DNA of 61,522 bases, from the NCBI GenBank assembly GCA_050293845.1, contig JBNKNM010000003.1, positions 35,447-96,968 of the forward strand, given 5' to 3'. The position numbers and the translations under genes were made by a program. Position 1 is the stretch's first letter; every line of letters starts with the position of its first letter. This DNA comes from Pseudobacteriovorax sp. (GTDB lineage Bacteria > Bdellovibrionota_B > Oligoflexia > Oligoflexales > Oligoflexaceae). Below are positions 19,167 to 30,151 of this stretch, in pieces. The notes below the pieces were generated by a model. It was not told the origin of the DNA. It saw only the letters and a program-made list of their open reading frames with translations, and did not search any database.

Positions 19167-21086
19167 ATGAATATAAAGCAAATCCAAGAATCGCGCGAGT
19201 CATATGGCATTGAAGGCTGGGGCGCCGGCTACTTTAGTATTAACGATAATGGTAATGTTGTTTGCCACCCAACCGGTGAAGAACATCTCTCCATCGATCT
19301 ACCGGAAGCTATTGAAACTGCTAAAGAAAAGGGATGTTCAGCCCCTATGATCTTGCGCTTTCCTCAGGTGATTGACGGGCAAATCGAAAGGTTACATAAG
19401 GCTTTTAAGGAAGCCATGTGGGAATATAGCTACCAGGGCAGCCATCGCGCTGTATTTCCATTTAAGGTCAATCAACGTCGCGAATTTATCGACCATATTG
19501 TGGCATGTGGGGATAAATTCGACTATGGCTTAGAGGTGGGTAGTAAACCCGAATTTGTTGCCGCCCTCGGATATCAGCTGTCGCCCAAGGCATTGTTCAT
19601 CTGTAATGGCTTTAAAGATCGGGAGTTTATCGAGCTGGGGTTTATTGCTAAAGCTATGAAAAAAAATGTCATCATGGTTGTGGAAGGTCCTGATGAATTG
19701 CAGCATATCATTGAACTATCCAAATCTCAGCCAGATTTTTGCCCCGGGATCGGTGTGCGAGTCAAGCTTTACAGCCGTGGTTCTGGAAAATGGGCGAAGT
19801 CTTCCGGTGAGTCATCCAAGTTCGGACTAACTACTGTTGAATTATTGCATTGTTTAAATATGCTGAAGGATGCTGGCCTCGCAAGCCAATTGCATATGCT
19901 TCATTTTCATATTGGCTCACAAGTCACCGAAATTAAACGCATTAAAAATGCGATTAAGGAGGCTTCCCGGGTATATGCAAAGGTTCATAGTATGGGATAC
20001 ACACCCCACTGTCTGAATATCGGTGGTGGTGTCGGTGTCGACTATGATGGCAGTAAAACGTCTTTTCAATCTAGTGCCAACTACTCGCTCCAGGAGCTAG
20101 CCAATGATGTTGTTTATGAGATTGGCGAAGTTTGCAAAAAAGAAAAAGTCCCTTGCCCCCAAATTGTAACAGAGAGCGGTAGGGTCATAGCTGCGTATCA
20201 TTCTATAGTAGTCGCTGATGTTCGTGAAGTACAGAGTACTGAAGGTTTTTCTTGGACTGAGAGTTTTGACTATGATTTTGATGAGGATACCAGCCATAAA
20301 AGCCTGTCTGAACTCAAGTATATCCTGGAGAACGTCAATCGTAAAAATTACATCGAATACTACCATGATGCTATTGAATATTATGAAGAAATGTTCACCT
20401 TATTCAATTTAGGCTATGTAAGCTTAGAAGAACGAGCCATGGCTGAGCAACTATTCTACCGCATCTGTCGGCGTACCCTTTATTTTTCATCTTATGAGCG
20501 CCACCCCATTGAAGAGTTTGAAAATCTTCAACAAAGAATGGTAAGTAAGTTTTTAGCAAATTTTTCTATATTCCAGTCAATTCCCGATGCTTGGTCTATC
20601 GACCAGTTATTTCCAGTACTACCGCTTTCCCATCATGCTGAAAAACCAACTCATAAGGCTACCATTGTAGATATTACTTGCGACTCAGATGGCTGCCTTG
20701 AAAAATTTGTCGACCGAGCTGATGTTAAAAACGTCTTGGATCTGCACTCACCATCAGAAAAGCCGTATTACTTGGGTTTCTTTTTGGTTGGCGCTTATCA
20801 GGAGAGCTTAGCAAATGAACATAATTTATTTGGTGCCATTAATGAAGCTGAATTTACTATGAAAGAAAACGGTGATTGGGAGCTACAGAAGGCAACTGTT
20901 GGTGATCCTATCGAGGAATTGCTAGCTTCGCGTAATTATGATATATCCTTACTTCTAGAAAGCTTTCAAAGCCAGCTTCACGATGCCGTAAATTTACATG
21001 AATTATCTGAAGACCTATGCAAAAACTATCTTGCCAAGCTTCATGGCCTCTTAAACGCATCGCCATATCTTAAAGAAGGCAAGTAA
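19167..21086 (+). CDS. speA: Biosynthetic arginine decarboxylase
   Basis: WGAGYF, FPFKVNQ (PLP lysine), GLEVGSKPE, HFHIGSQ, GGGVGVDYDG, DITCDSDG. Confidence 0.96.
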   Translation: MNIKQIQESRESYGIEGWGAGYFSINDNGNVVCHPTGEEHLSIDLPEAIETAKEKGCSAPMILRFPQVIDGQIERLHKAFKEAMWEYSYQGSHRAVFPFKVNQRREFIDHIVACGDKFDYGLEVGSKPEFVAALGYQLSPKALFICNGFKDREFIELGFIAKAMKKNVIMVVEGPDELQHIIELSKSQPDFCPGIGVRVKLYSRGSGKWAKSSGESSKFGLTTVELLHCLNMLKDAGLASQLHMLHFHIGSQVTEIKRIKNAIKEASRVYAKVHSMGYTPHCLNIGGGVGVDYDGSKTSFQSSANYSLQELANDVVYEIGEVCKKEKVPCPQIVTESGRVIAAYHSIVVADVREVQSTEGFSWTESFDYDFDEDTSHKSLSELKYILENVNRKNYIEYYHDAIEYYEEMFTLFNLGYVSLEERAMAEQLFYRICRRTLYFSSYERHPIEEFENLQQRMVSKFLANFSIFQSIPDAWSIDQLFPVLPLSHHAEKPTHKATIVDITCDSDGCLEKFVDRADVKNVLDLHSPSEKPYYLGFFLVGAYQESLANEHNLFGAINEAEFTMKENGDWELQKATVGDPIEELLASRNYDISLLLESFQSQLHDAVNLHELSEDLCKNYLAKLHGLLNASPYLKEGK

Positions 21087-21141
21087 TTTCAAATAGATAA
21101 ATCATTCAAAACATCTTTGGGTCAAATTATTCCTTTTTGAC

Positions 21142-21168
21142 TCAAGGATTGTTGAAAGTCACCGATCT
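21142..21168 (+). promoter_or_regulatory. sigma28 (FliA)-type promoter
   Basis: TCAA-N15-ACCGATCT, 30 bp upstream of the STAS-DGC pair. Confidence 0.55.
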
Positions 21169-21197
21169 TTACTTTTAAACATTTCTGTTTTGGGTTC

Positions 21198-21692
21198 ATG
21201 GGGATATGTATGGGCATTAATATTAACCTTGTGCAAAAAGACAATTGTGATCATGTAGAGTACACAGGACCGATTGATGCAGAGGCCGAGGTTTATCTTG
21301 ACCAGCTATTACCAAAGTTAGGGAAGAATATTTGTTTTAACTTTAAGCAGGTTGAATCCGTTAACTCTTGTGGGGTTAGAAGCTGGATAAACTTCATGAG
21401 AGAACTGGAGAAGGAAGAACGTAAGATTATCTTTGAAGAATGCACCAGTGAAATTGTGATGCAAATTAACATGATACCTAATTTCAAGGGTAATGCTCAA
21501 GTCATATCAGTATATGGAGCATACGTTTGCGATGAATGTGGATATGAAAAAACGATTTTGTTTAAAAGTGGTGAAAACTTACCCCAAAAACCAATCGATG
21601 AGCTTCCTCCCATCGAATGTTCCCAATGTGGGGTAGAAATGGAGTTAGAAGAAATGGAAGAAGAGTACTTTGCTTTTTTACAAGGAGCCTAA
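21198..21692 (+). CDS. STAS-like domain + zinc ribbon protein
   Basis: FNFKQVESVNSCGVRSW; CDECG and CSQCG. Alternative start at 21210. Confidence 0.78.
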   Translation: MGICMGININLVQKDNCDHVEYTGPIDAEAEVYLDQLLPKLGKNICFNFKQVESVNSCGVRSWINFMRELEKEERKIIFEECTSEIVMQINMIPNFKGNAQVISVYGAYVCDECGYEKTILFKSGENLPQKPIDELPPIECSQCGVEMELEEMEEEYFAFLQGA

Positions 21693-21724
21693 GTCCGCAT
21701 AGCTGAATTACGAAGGTAGACTAA

Positions 21725-22720
21725 ATGTCAGAGGCTGCAAAAAATTTACCAACGGAGCAAACAGTAGAAACAGCTTTTACAAAGTTTTCTCACTTTGTAA
21801 AAGTGCTACTAGATGCTTATGCGGTTGTCAACCGAGATGGAAAAGTCGTTAAAGCAAACCAGTTATTTGCGCAATTAACGGGTACAAAAATGCGACAACT
21901 ACTGAAAATGGATAGTTTCAACGAATTGATCCAATTTTCGGTTAACGATGAAATCATGTCTATTGAGAATCTTCTCGAATTTGAGTCTCCGATTCGGATC
22001 GATGAAGTCCGAGGTAAAGTGCCAAAGTCCGAAGAAACTAAGAATCTAATCCTGGGTTTCTACCCTTTCTTCAACGAAGATCGCTCGGTAAAACTCGGAG
22101 CTTTTCTGATTATGCGAGATGTGACTGCAGAAACAAACCTTCAAGATCAATATAAGTACAAAGCTATTCAGTCGATTACGGACCCTCTGACGGGACTCTT
22201 TACAAGAGCCTATTTTGAGGAGTATCTATCAAGTCAAGTGACAAGAATGGAAAAAAGGGCTCATAATGAGCAATACCCAGTCTCGATCGTGATGTGTGAT
22301 ATTGATTTTTTTAAAAAAGTAAACGACCAACACGGTCACCAAGCTGGGGACTATGTTCTTAAGGTTGTTGCTGACCTTATGAAGAAAACATTCAGAAAAA
22401 CCGATGTTTGTTGTCGCTACGGCGGAGAAGAATTTTTAGTAATCCTACCTGCAGCTACATATGAAAATGCAGGACTGGCTGCCAACAAACTCCGCGCCGC
22501 TGTAGAACGGGAGCGTATTGTATTTGAAGACACTCATATTCCAGTAACAATCAGTTGTGGTATTAGCACCATTTCTATTGGCACAGAAACTTATGACGTT
22601 GCTATGGGCCGGGCTGATACTGCTCTTTACGATTCTAAACATAATGGACGTAATCTGGTATCCATACATGATGGAGAAAAAATATTTCCCGTTTCACGGA
22701 GCTTAAATTCTAGTTCTTGA
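21725..22720 (+). CDS. PAS-GGDEF diguanylate cyclase
   Basis: N-terminal PAS-like region ending RDVT; TDPLTGL, DIDFFKKVND, RxxD I-site (RKTD) and GGEEF. Confidence 0.93.
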   Translation: MSEAAKNLPTEQTVETAFTKFSHFVKVLLDAYAVVNRDGKVVKANQLFAQLTGTKMRQLLKMDSFNELIQFSVNDEIMSIENLLEFESPIRIDEVRGKVPKSEETKNLILGFYPFFNEDRSVKLGAFLIMRDVTAETNLQDQYKYKAIQSITDPLTGLFTRAYFEEYLSSQVTRMEKRAHNEQYPVSIVMCDIDFFKKVNDQHGHQAGDYVLKVVADLMKKTFRKTDVCCRYGGEEFLVILPAATYENAGLAANKLRAAVERERIVFEDTHIPVTISCGISTISIGTETYDVAMGRADTALYDSKHNGRNLVSIHDGEKIFPVSRSLNSSS

Positions 22721-22832
22721 ACACTCATGCAGCCCTTTTATAACTGCATTTTTACATCATGCAGCCATAAAATTCGACAGGAACATTCTAATGGCATTTT
22801 TCAGATTCTGAATACAAATTTACCACTTTAAA

Positions 22833-23270
22833 TCATGGCTGAGATGTATCATGGTTGTCTATAAGCGCATCAGCCATATCTTCCAATTTTTTGTTGGCTA
22901 TCTGACCTTTTAACTGGAAATTAATCCCTTCGTACTCATGATCGGACCAATCTATAGTTAAGAACAAATCTTCATCCTCTTCAAGAAGGAATTCTTCAAG
23001 ATAGGTATCGATATAGTCAATCAGAAAAAGTGCGGCATCGTATGATTCAAGTTCTTCAGACTTGTATCTTACCCGCGCCTCGATAGGATAATAGAAAGCA
23101 TCATCCTCACTCTTTAGTAATACTTTAACCTGAACTTTAGAGTCATCATTAACCGCTACTATATGAAATTTTCTTCCTTGCAGTGCCATACGATATTTTT
23201 TATTCATGGCCTCAGCTAGCTCTAGACACTCGTTCTGAGAAACAAATTTTTTTAGATCTCTATCTAGCAT
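22833..23270 (-). CDS. Hypothetical acidic protein
   Basis: 145-aa ORF with upstream GGAAGGG RBS; no motif recognised. Confidence 0.7.
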   Translation of the reverse strand: MLDRDLKKFVSQNECLELAEAMNKKYRMALQGRKFHIVAVNDDSKVQVKVLLKSEDDAFYYPIEARVRYKSEELESYDAALFLIDYIDTYLEEFLLEEDEDLFLTIDWSDHEYEGINFQLKGQIANKKLEDMADALIDNHDTSQP

Positions 23271-23354
23271 ATATACCCTTCCACTCCTGTTTTTCCAAAG
23301 ACTTCAAATTGAAATGCACCACCCCATCCTGGAACTAATTTTTTAGTTCCCAGC

Positions 23355-25079
23355 TCAATGTTGCAGATCCTCGTTAATCCTAATCATAGAGGCCGGTATC
23401 TTTCCACTACTGCAGGCCTGCATTAGTCCCGTTTGAAAGCCTTTAAGGATATGCATTATTCTCTCTAATGTCTGCTCAACATAGCTATCAGGATGCCATT
23501 TCTTCCCATCGAGCATGAGCCTTGCCTTTATTTCCAAAAGCACGCCATCCCTTGTCAGCGACGCTTTAGTCATCAAGTTTTCACGTTCTGCTGCAGACAA
23601 GCCCTCGGAAGACAAGCCTTTACCGATAGACATATTCGCCAGAATAGTAGTCATAGCATATTCGAGACCCATTTCCTCATGGGAACCAGCTAATTTTTTC
23701 AAATAAAACAATCCCATCACAGCCCAAACAAATTCCTGAAGCCGCGCAAACTCCATCATAGAGTAAAGAGGGCGAAACTGCATGCTTTCCTTATTAGAGC
23801 TAAATACCGGTGCCATAGGAAAACGGTTGAATAGCCCTTTCAATATCTCTACTACGTCGAAGCCAAATAGATCGAGATACTCAACATCAAGTTGATAGCA
23901 AATATTACCCCACCGCTGTCCATGAAAATCGTTTAATAAAGCATCGGCCTGCTTTACACCCATCTTCTTTAGATTCACAAGAAAAGCAGAACGCAGCTCG
24001 TTAACTAGAGTCAGTCCGACGCGAAATAGCGTTTTAGGGTGCTCATTCTTCAATATCTCTAGGGCTGTTGTAAGATTTCCTTGAGAAAGAAAGTCGATAC
24101 CAAATCCCACAAGAGCTTGGCACTGTTCTAATATTCTCACAAGCCCACTGGTGTCATCAGGCTCAACGTTAACCGCCGAACACATGGCATTTGTGAGCGT
24201 TAATAGACCTAAATGCACTTGATATTGCTCGTCAATACTCCAATGGGCCTGCTGTGCCTTATCTAATACCAAGTTAATGAAAGGTACATCATAGGTATTA
24301 GAGGTCGCCGTAGCCCCAGGACGAATGGATGGAATATGCCATTTTTCTTTGTACTGTTTCAAAGCTACAGGTCGAAAGATTAATAGACTTTCTTCATAAG
24401 GGACAAAGCCATCCTCTTCAAGGCGGGCGGTACGAAAACGCCTGATTGTAGCTTCCGCCTCGTTGGGCACATCGTAGGCAACATGAGCAAGCAATGAGTA
24501 TGCATAGCGAAGATTATGTTCACAAGCTGATTTAATGATCTTATCGATGAAGGCTACGCTATCGGGGTCGTCTGTTTTGATACGATAAAATACTTTATGG
24601 CAAGGCATGGCATTAAATTGATCTTGCAAATCGCTGGGAAGAAGTTCAAAGTCTTCCTCCTCAATAACTTGTATGAGTCCTTGCAGAGTCGCTATTTGAT
24701 ATTCTTCATCCAGAAAAGCAAAACGCTCGTAAAGTTGCTTGTCACTAATTTCTGCAAAATATCCCATAAGTTCCATCATTCTTTTGGGAGCCAAACGACC
24801 TTTATGCCAACAGTCAAAATCACTGATGCGAGTGACTTGATCCTGGCTCAGTAATGGGAGAACTTCTAAAGAGTCGGCAAACCCTCTTTTCTTCAAGCCC
24901 ACATATAAGGTTTGTACTGGTAAAGATTGAATGATTTGCTTACTCTCAGGGCTCGCCAGGATAGCATCTAAATCGATACCAGCTAAAAATCCGGACGGCT
25001 GTCCTGGTTGCCAAGGTAAGCTTCGATGGCCAGCGTCAAATGTCGCTTTAACTGTATACTCAGAAAGACGACTTTCCAT
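23355..25079 (-). CDS. DUF6178-like protein
   Basis: Characteristic DFDCWH, RFRTARLEEDGFVPYEES, LFRVG and L.GL..RFP. Start 25079 preferred on RBS. Confidence 0.72.
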   Translation of the reverse strand: MESRLSEYTVKATFDAGHRSLPWQPGQPSGFLAGIDLDAILASPESKQIIQSLPVQTLYVGLKKRGFADSLEVLPLLSQDQVTRISDFDCWHKGRLAPKRMMELMGYFAEISDKQLYERFAFLDEEYQIATLQGLIQVIEEEDFELLPSDLQDQFNAMPCHKVFYRIKTDDPDSVAFIDKIIKSACEHNLRYAYSLLAHVAYDVPNEAEATIRRFRTARLEEDGFVPYEESLLIFRPVALKQYKEKWHIPSIRPGATATSNTYDVPFINLVLDKAQQAHWSIDEQYQVHLGLLTLTNAMCSAVNVEPDDTSGLVRILEQCQALVGFGIDFLSQGNLTTALEILKNEHPKTLFRVGLTLVNELRSAFLVNLKKMGVKQADALLNDFHGQRWGNICYQLDVEYLDLFGFDVVEILKGLFNRFPMAPVFSSNKESMQFRPLYSMMEFARLQEFVWAVMGLFYLKKLAGSHEEMGLEYAMTTILANMSIGKGLSSEGLSAAERENLMTKASLTRDGVLLEIKARLMLDGKKWHPDSYVEQTLERIMHILKGFQTGLMQACSSGKIPASMIRINEDLQH

Positions 25080-25294
25080 ATGCTGATTTCCTTCCTTCAA
25101 TTCTAGTCGATTCGTACTGCCCATTGAAATATATATTATTTTAGGGGTTTAAAGTGAAAACTTTAGATAAGCGTGTCATAATATCAGGATCAATGAAATT
25201 TATCAATACAACACTTTCAAGAATGTAAAAAAGTCTTCGGCTCCAGGGCATTCCGTGATAATAGGGATAACTGTTTGATTTGAAAGGAAGTCTA

Positions 25295-26617
25295 ATGTTC
25301 AATCCCCCCTTCGACAGGCTAGCAAGATTTGACAATGGTGTTGTAGTAAAACAGCTGGCGAATAAGCTACGTCTTGTGCATATACCGCTTCAAGATGATC
25401 CACGATTTCTTATTGCTGCCACCATAAATGCAGGAGCCCGGTATGAAGGTTCGTTATGTGGCGTGGCACATTTCTTAGAGCATATGATGTTCAGAGGTTC
25501 AAAAAAATTTCCTACTTTCAAAAACTTAGCGGATGCTTTTGAGAGAATTGGGGGCGAGTGGAACGCTTCGACAGGGTTTGAGCACACTGACTTTTTCTTT
25601 AATGGAAATTTCAGGTACTGGAAAGAGGCCACAGAGCTTTTCGCAGATTTTTTTTGTAACCCACGACTTAACGATATAGAAATTGAGCGCGAAGTAATAA
25701 AAAAAGAGTTACAACGGGAAATAAATGAACAGGGTATTAGTACAGATCTCGATACCCATATGATGGCCCTCCTGTTCCCTGGCTCTGATTTAGACCGACA
25801 AATCCTAGGTTCTCTGCAAAACATTCGCAGTATTCGCAAAAAACACATCAAAGCCTATCGTCAGCAGTGTTACCAGCCTCAAAATGTAGTGATCTGCTCT
25901 GTCGGAGGTTCAGACTCCCCCTCTATTCTTGATAAAATGGAAAGAGAATTTTCTCGTTATTCCCCAGGCTCGAAAATAAAGCGAACGCGAGCCAAAAAAC
26001 CAAAACCGTTTCAGGGCCCCATGATCACTTGGCCCCAAAATTCTGATAGCGAATATCTTGTCCAGTGGAGTTATTTAACATCTCCAGAATGGAGTCCCGA
26101 CAGCACTATTATCAATCTCATTTGCAGAATTCTATCGGATGGCTATTTCTCTAAGCTTGGCTCACGATTGCGAGAAACATTAGGACTTGTTTACTCCATC
26201 TCTGCCGATCTCAACCAGATGTCAAATCATGGCACCATCGACATTTCTGCGGCTGTTGGCCCCCAAGAACTCACTAAATTTTGTCGGGAATTACAGAAAA
26301 TAATTCAAAAAATGACCATCAAAAAGCCTTCATTAAGCGAATTAAAACGTGCCAAAACGCGTGCTTTATTAGACCTGGAATTGACCCTAGAAGATCCCGA
26401 AACCCTATACTTTAAATACTCGTGGTACATACTTAATAAACAACAGCCTTCCTTTCAACTACAGGCACAGTTGATTCAAGACGTATCTCCAGAAGATATC
26501 CTGCGGGTTTGCCAAAGTATTTTTCAAGCAAAAAATCTGGGCATCGTTTTCTTAGGACCTCAGGATGACAGTTTACAGAACCAAATCGCGCAGACCATAA
26601 CTGGCTTCAATATTTAA
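25295..26617 (+). CDS. M16 (pitrilysin-family) zinc peptidase
   Basis: GVAHFLEHMMFRGS (HxxEH), NASTG, EREVI, RLRETLGLVYSI. Confidence 0.92.
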   Translation: MFNPPFDRLARFDNGVVVKQLANKLRLVHIPLQDDPRFLIAATINAGARYEGSLCGVAHFLEHMMFRGSKKFPTFKNLADAFERIGGEWNASTGFEHTDFFFNGNFRYWKEATELFADFFCNPRLNDIEIEREVIKKELQREINEQGISTDLDTHMMALLFPGSDLDRQILGSLQNIRSIRKKHIKAYRQQCYQPQNVVICSVGGSDSPSILDKMEREFSRYSPGSKIKRTRAKKPKPFQGPMITWPQNSDSEYLVQWSYLTSPEWSPDSTIINLICRILSDGYFSKLGSRLRETLGLVYSISADLNQMSNHGTIDISAAVGPQELTKFCRELQKIIQKMTIKKPSLSELKRAKTRALLDLELTLEDPETLYFKYSWYILNKQQPSFQLQAQLIQDVSPEDILRVCQSIFQAKNLGIVFLGPQDDSLQNQIAQTITGFNI

Positions 26618-26829
26618 GAAACTTCTTTGTGAGTGGATAACGCTTCGAACAGAGAGGAGCTATATCATTTTAAGCATAGTTTGCTAACTCAACTTGGCTG
26701 TTTTTGAGTCCCTAATCTCGGCTGCAATCCTCACTAGCTCTTTCCCAGATATATATTTACCCCGAGGGGTAAACTCTTCTTATTTTTCAAAGTCTCATCT
26801 TCTTTTTAACTGACTATTTTCTGAGAACT

Positions 26830-27209
26830 CAGTGCTAGGACATTAGGATTAAGGTGTTCTGGACCAAAAAGCTCTTCTCATGCTAGATGAGAGAAAAACT
26901 CCGATGACTAATAAAGCCTACGACTAGCAAAGTCAAACCCTTGTAGAACCATGGCCAGGAGGGCTTGGCCATAGGAAATCTTTTGATTCCGTCTGCGTTT
27001 GGGCAACAAGAGGTCCATTTTTTCGATGATTTGATATTGCTTGAAGAGAGCAACAAGAGTACCCAGATGACTGAGTAACTTAATCTCTGAAGTCAAAATT
27101 TTCTTCGGTGACCTCACTAGAACTGGGGGATAATCCTAGTTTTAGTCATTATCTCTGATTTGGTTATTTCCTAAAAGATCATTTTTAAAATTGTACTGCC
27201 GCATATCAG
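26830..27209 (-). mobile_element. IS1634-family transposase remnant (N-terminal DUF4277-like part, pseudogene)
   Basis: SHLGTLV...ISYGQALLAMVLQGFDFASRRLY*SSEFFSHLA*EELFGPEHLN: family-like N-terminus with two in-frame stops. Possible left end CTGATATGCGGCA at 27209-27197 (tentative). Confidence 0.7.
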
Positions 27210-27589
27210 TGACAAGGTTCTTCCTACGAGCAAATAGAGCAGTTGTTTGATCTGAAGAAAAAAAATTACTCAGAACATGAAAAAGATATTAATGCAAGTA
27301 CAGATAAAATTATCTTCATACCAACCCATTTATCCATAAAAAATTTTAAAAGACTAATAGGGCTCTCCCTTGAATCAGAACGACTGCATTTTAATTAATA
27401 TTTTGCTTTAATAATTGTATTTTAAGGTGCTTAGAAATGAATTGATAGCAACGTTAAATTCGCCCGCTATCCTCCTCCTAGACCACCACTCTATAGCACA
27501 AAAAGAGAATTCTCTGAACACCTATCTGGTAATGGGCTAAATCTACCTATGATTCTTTAATCTCTAAAGGTTTTTCAATAGGGGAATCC

Positions 27590-28339
27590 ATGGTAGAGCA
27601 CCCGGGTGGTCTTCAGTGCCGCTTTATCAGGGTCGAAAAAGGAGCTTACCTCGAATTTTGTCAAATCACAGATTGGCAGCAATACAAGGTTTTTTCAGAA
27701 AGTGATTCTGGGAAAAGTCTTTCTGAAAAAGAGTTGCTAGTTCCAGGACTATCGCTGCGCTCAAACAGTGGATTGAAGGATTTCTACACTGAGCTAAAAA
27801 ATAAAAACTTCGAAGTTGAATTTGAGCACAAAAACTATGATTGGCTTAAAGATCAGCTCCCTGAGTATAAAGACAGACCTATAAGACTAGGTTGGAATTT
27901 TGTTACATTCGAAAAGCCTTTAATAGATATTGTTTTCGCTTGGATCACAGAATATGAAAGAGATCCGAACAAGAAAAAAGCGAGCGTAGAGAAGAAATTA
28001 ACTCACGAAAATACGGTTACAAATTTCGTTGGATTCATTTTTTCAGCAAAAACACGGATGGAAAAATTCAGCACTCTAGTTGATGCAGATAGACAACCCC
28101 ATGACCTGAGTTTTGATAATAAAAAAATGATCTTCGTAGATAAGAATAAATTTGCCCAGGGACTATTTAAAGACAAGTACTCAGATTATTTAGCAATAAT
28201 CTTAAAAGCTCAGTCCTTAAAGGCCATCAAACAAGTTGCCCAACCCGATCAAATTATTGAGCTACATGGAAAAGAAACCGCTGTATTGAAATTAAAAGAT
28301 TTTATGTGGGATATTGTGGTAGTTGTGCAGTGCTCCTAA
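27590..28339 (+). CDS. VOC/glyoxalase-like family protein, N-terminus probably damaged
   Basis: In-frame upstream KGFSIGESMVEHPG...YLEF pattern; in-frame TAA at 27530; an LDH motif lies upstream in another frame. Confidence 0.55.
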   Translation: MVEHPGGLQCRFIRVEKGAYLEFCQITDWQQYKVFSESDSGKSLSEKELLVPGLSLRSNSGLKDFYTELKNKNFEVEFEHKNYDWLKDQLPEYKDRPIRLGWNFVTFEKPLIDIVFAWITEYERDPNKKKASVEKKLTHENTVTNFVGFIFSAKTRMEKFSTLVDADRQPHDLSFDNKKMIFVDKNKFAQGLFKDKYSDYLAIILKAQSLKAIKQVAQPDQIIELHGKETAVLKLKDFMWDIVVVVQCS

Positions 28340-28342
28340 AGA

Positions 28343-28392
28343 AACCTAACAACTCTCCGATAACTTTCATGAATATCGGAGATTGTTAGGTT
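28343..28392. repeat. Long inverted repeat / stem-loop
   Basis: AACCTAACAA(C)TCTCCGATA-N11-TATCGGAGATTGTTAGGTT: 19-bp arms with one bulge, immediately after the stop at 28339. Confidence 0.75.
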
Positions 28393-29955
28393 CCCGTCCG
28401 ACCATTACAGTTGAAGGTGAATTATAAATTATAAGATAGCAAATAATACTTGATAGCCTTGGGACTTTTACTCAACTTTACAGCATCTCTATTTATCTTA
28501 ATGGCAATTAAATATCGCATTCTAGACATGGGCGGAACTATAAGTTCCTGTAGCCATAATTCAGAAAAAAGATATTTCTTGACTCCCCCAGTAACATATA
28601 TTTTTTTCGGATATTGTAGATGAAGGTTATTCATCTGAATATTTTGATGAGATTTCTTCGTATCTAGATTTTGGTAAAACATATTTATTGGTGTTTCATC
28701 TCCTGAACATAGTCGAAGAAAAACTTTAAATATTGCGATTGATGTTCAGCTTGATCTAGATACTAATTTGGATGATGGTGACTATATTTTTTTAGGGATA
28801 CAATACTCTTCCCCATGTGGCAACAACAGAAATCGCCTATCTCCGGTCACTAGATGCTTCCCAACTTCTTAATCTAGTAGTTAGGGGCACCACTCCAAAG
28901 CCAATCACCGCAGGGTAAGATACGCTTTTCCTTGAGCTGGTTTTGAGGTTACTGTATTTTGACAGGAAACTATCGATTTTCTCGATAATCTTAGCAGGAG
29001 TTTCCATTTGTGGTTTATTCTCAGTTTTTACCATATTTTGCAATGACATCAAATTTGGTAAAGTCACAAATGACACTTCTCTGCCCTCAATTGCTCAATG
29101 GCACTTTTTTAAAATAGCTTTTAAAGATCTTAATCCAAATTAGGTTAAGGCCATTGTGGAATTAGTAGCAGTGAGCAATTTTACTGTGGTCGAGAATAAT
29201 ACTGCCTGACTTATTTATGAGGGTTCGTGTGTTCATTGAATGATAGCGATGTTCATTGAAAGAAGGTTAAGTTTTTTTTACTCTGTGAAGTACATTCCCG
29301 AGCTGATGAGAAAATGGGGGTTTGATGGCAGAAGGGGTCTTTTGAAGCAGCTTGATTAGGTCCTCCGCCACCTTTTCCTCGGTTAGCTTTTTAGGCATCC
29401 TTTCCACCTTAGCGATACATAGCCAGACCATTCGTAAATTCGAGAAATATTGAAGCCTGGCGATTTGATGACAAGCTTTGAACTCTCACCATTTGGAACC
29501 GATTTTACAGGAAGTTTTCTCAAGTGCGATAAAGTTTTGTCATCCCGTTTTCGACAATCTTTCCTTTCTATTCTGATATCCAGATTATATAGAGTTAACT
29601 AAGACTTCATCGCTATAAGAAAATTTAAAATATTTTGCACTCATTAATAATTTGAAAAAATTATTTAAATGTATGTGAGGAAATGTACATTGCTTTCTTT
29701 TGGTCTCCTAAAGTATAAGTTCAATCAGAAATAAGAACGTTGATTCGATTTTAGATAGATTGCTGTGATAGACTACATAATTTACAGTTTGTTTTTTAAG
29801 ATGATAGATTCGTAATTCATAACAAGATTGATTAAGATTATTGTATTCTTATTAATAAACTTAAAATCTTGAGGTTTTCATCAATGAAATATTATCAAAG
29901 AATTTCTGACAAAATTATAGTTTAGTATTTTTAAAGTATTTTACTAACTTGCGCA

Positions 29956-29985
29956 TTGACTTTATTTTGATTTAGTAACTAATAT
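29956..29985 (+). promoter_or_regulatory. Putative sigma70 promoter with overlapping palindromic operator
   Basis: TTGACT-N18-TAATAT; palindrome TTAGT-A-ACTAA (29972-29982) overlaps the -10. Confidence 0.4.
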
Positions 29986-30151
29986 GTTTTACTACTAATC
30001 AGGGTCAGATATTAAGCAGGACGGCAGTGAATCCAACAAATTTTTAATATTGGATTCTCCCTATAGAAAAGAAAATTTGCTTCTTTGGAATGGTTATATG
30101 CTATTCCGAGTTATTAGGAATAAAATTATTAACTTTTTGATGGTGATAGTT

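Noticed and set aside
22725..22766. 10-bp direct repeat TCATGCAGCC spaced 32 bp apart
   Set aside because: Only two short copies between convergent genes; too little for a CRISPR or iteron call.
28422..29143. ORFs 28422..28682, 28837..29076 and 28943..29143
   Set aside because: No RBS or recognisable motifs, mutually overlapping, in AT-rich decayed DNA.
29230..29480. Minus-strand fragment (EEKVAEDLIKLL...FSHQL) faintly like endonuclease III or a transposase tail; TGTTCATTGAA repeated twice
   Set aside because: Similarity is too short and ambiguous to assign without a search.
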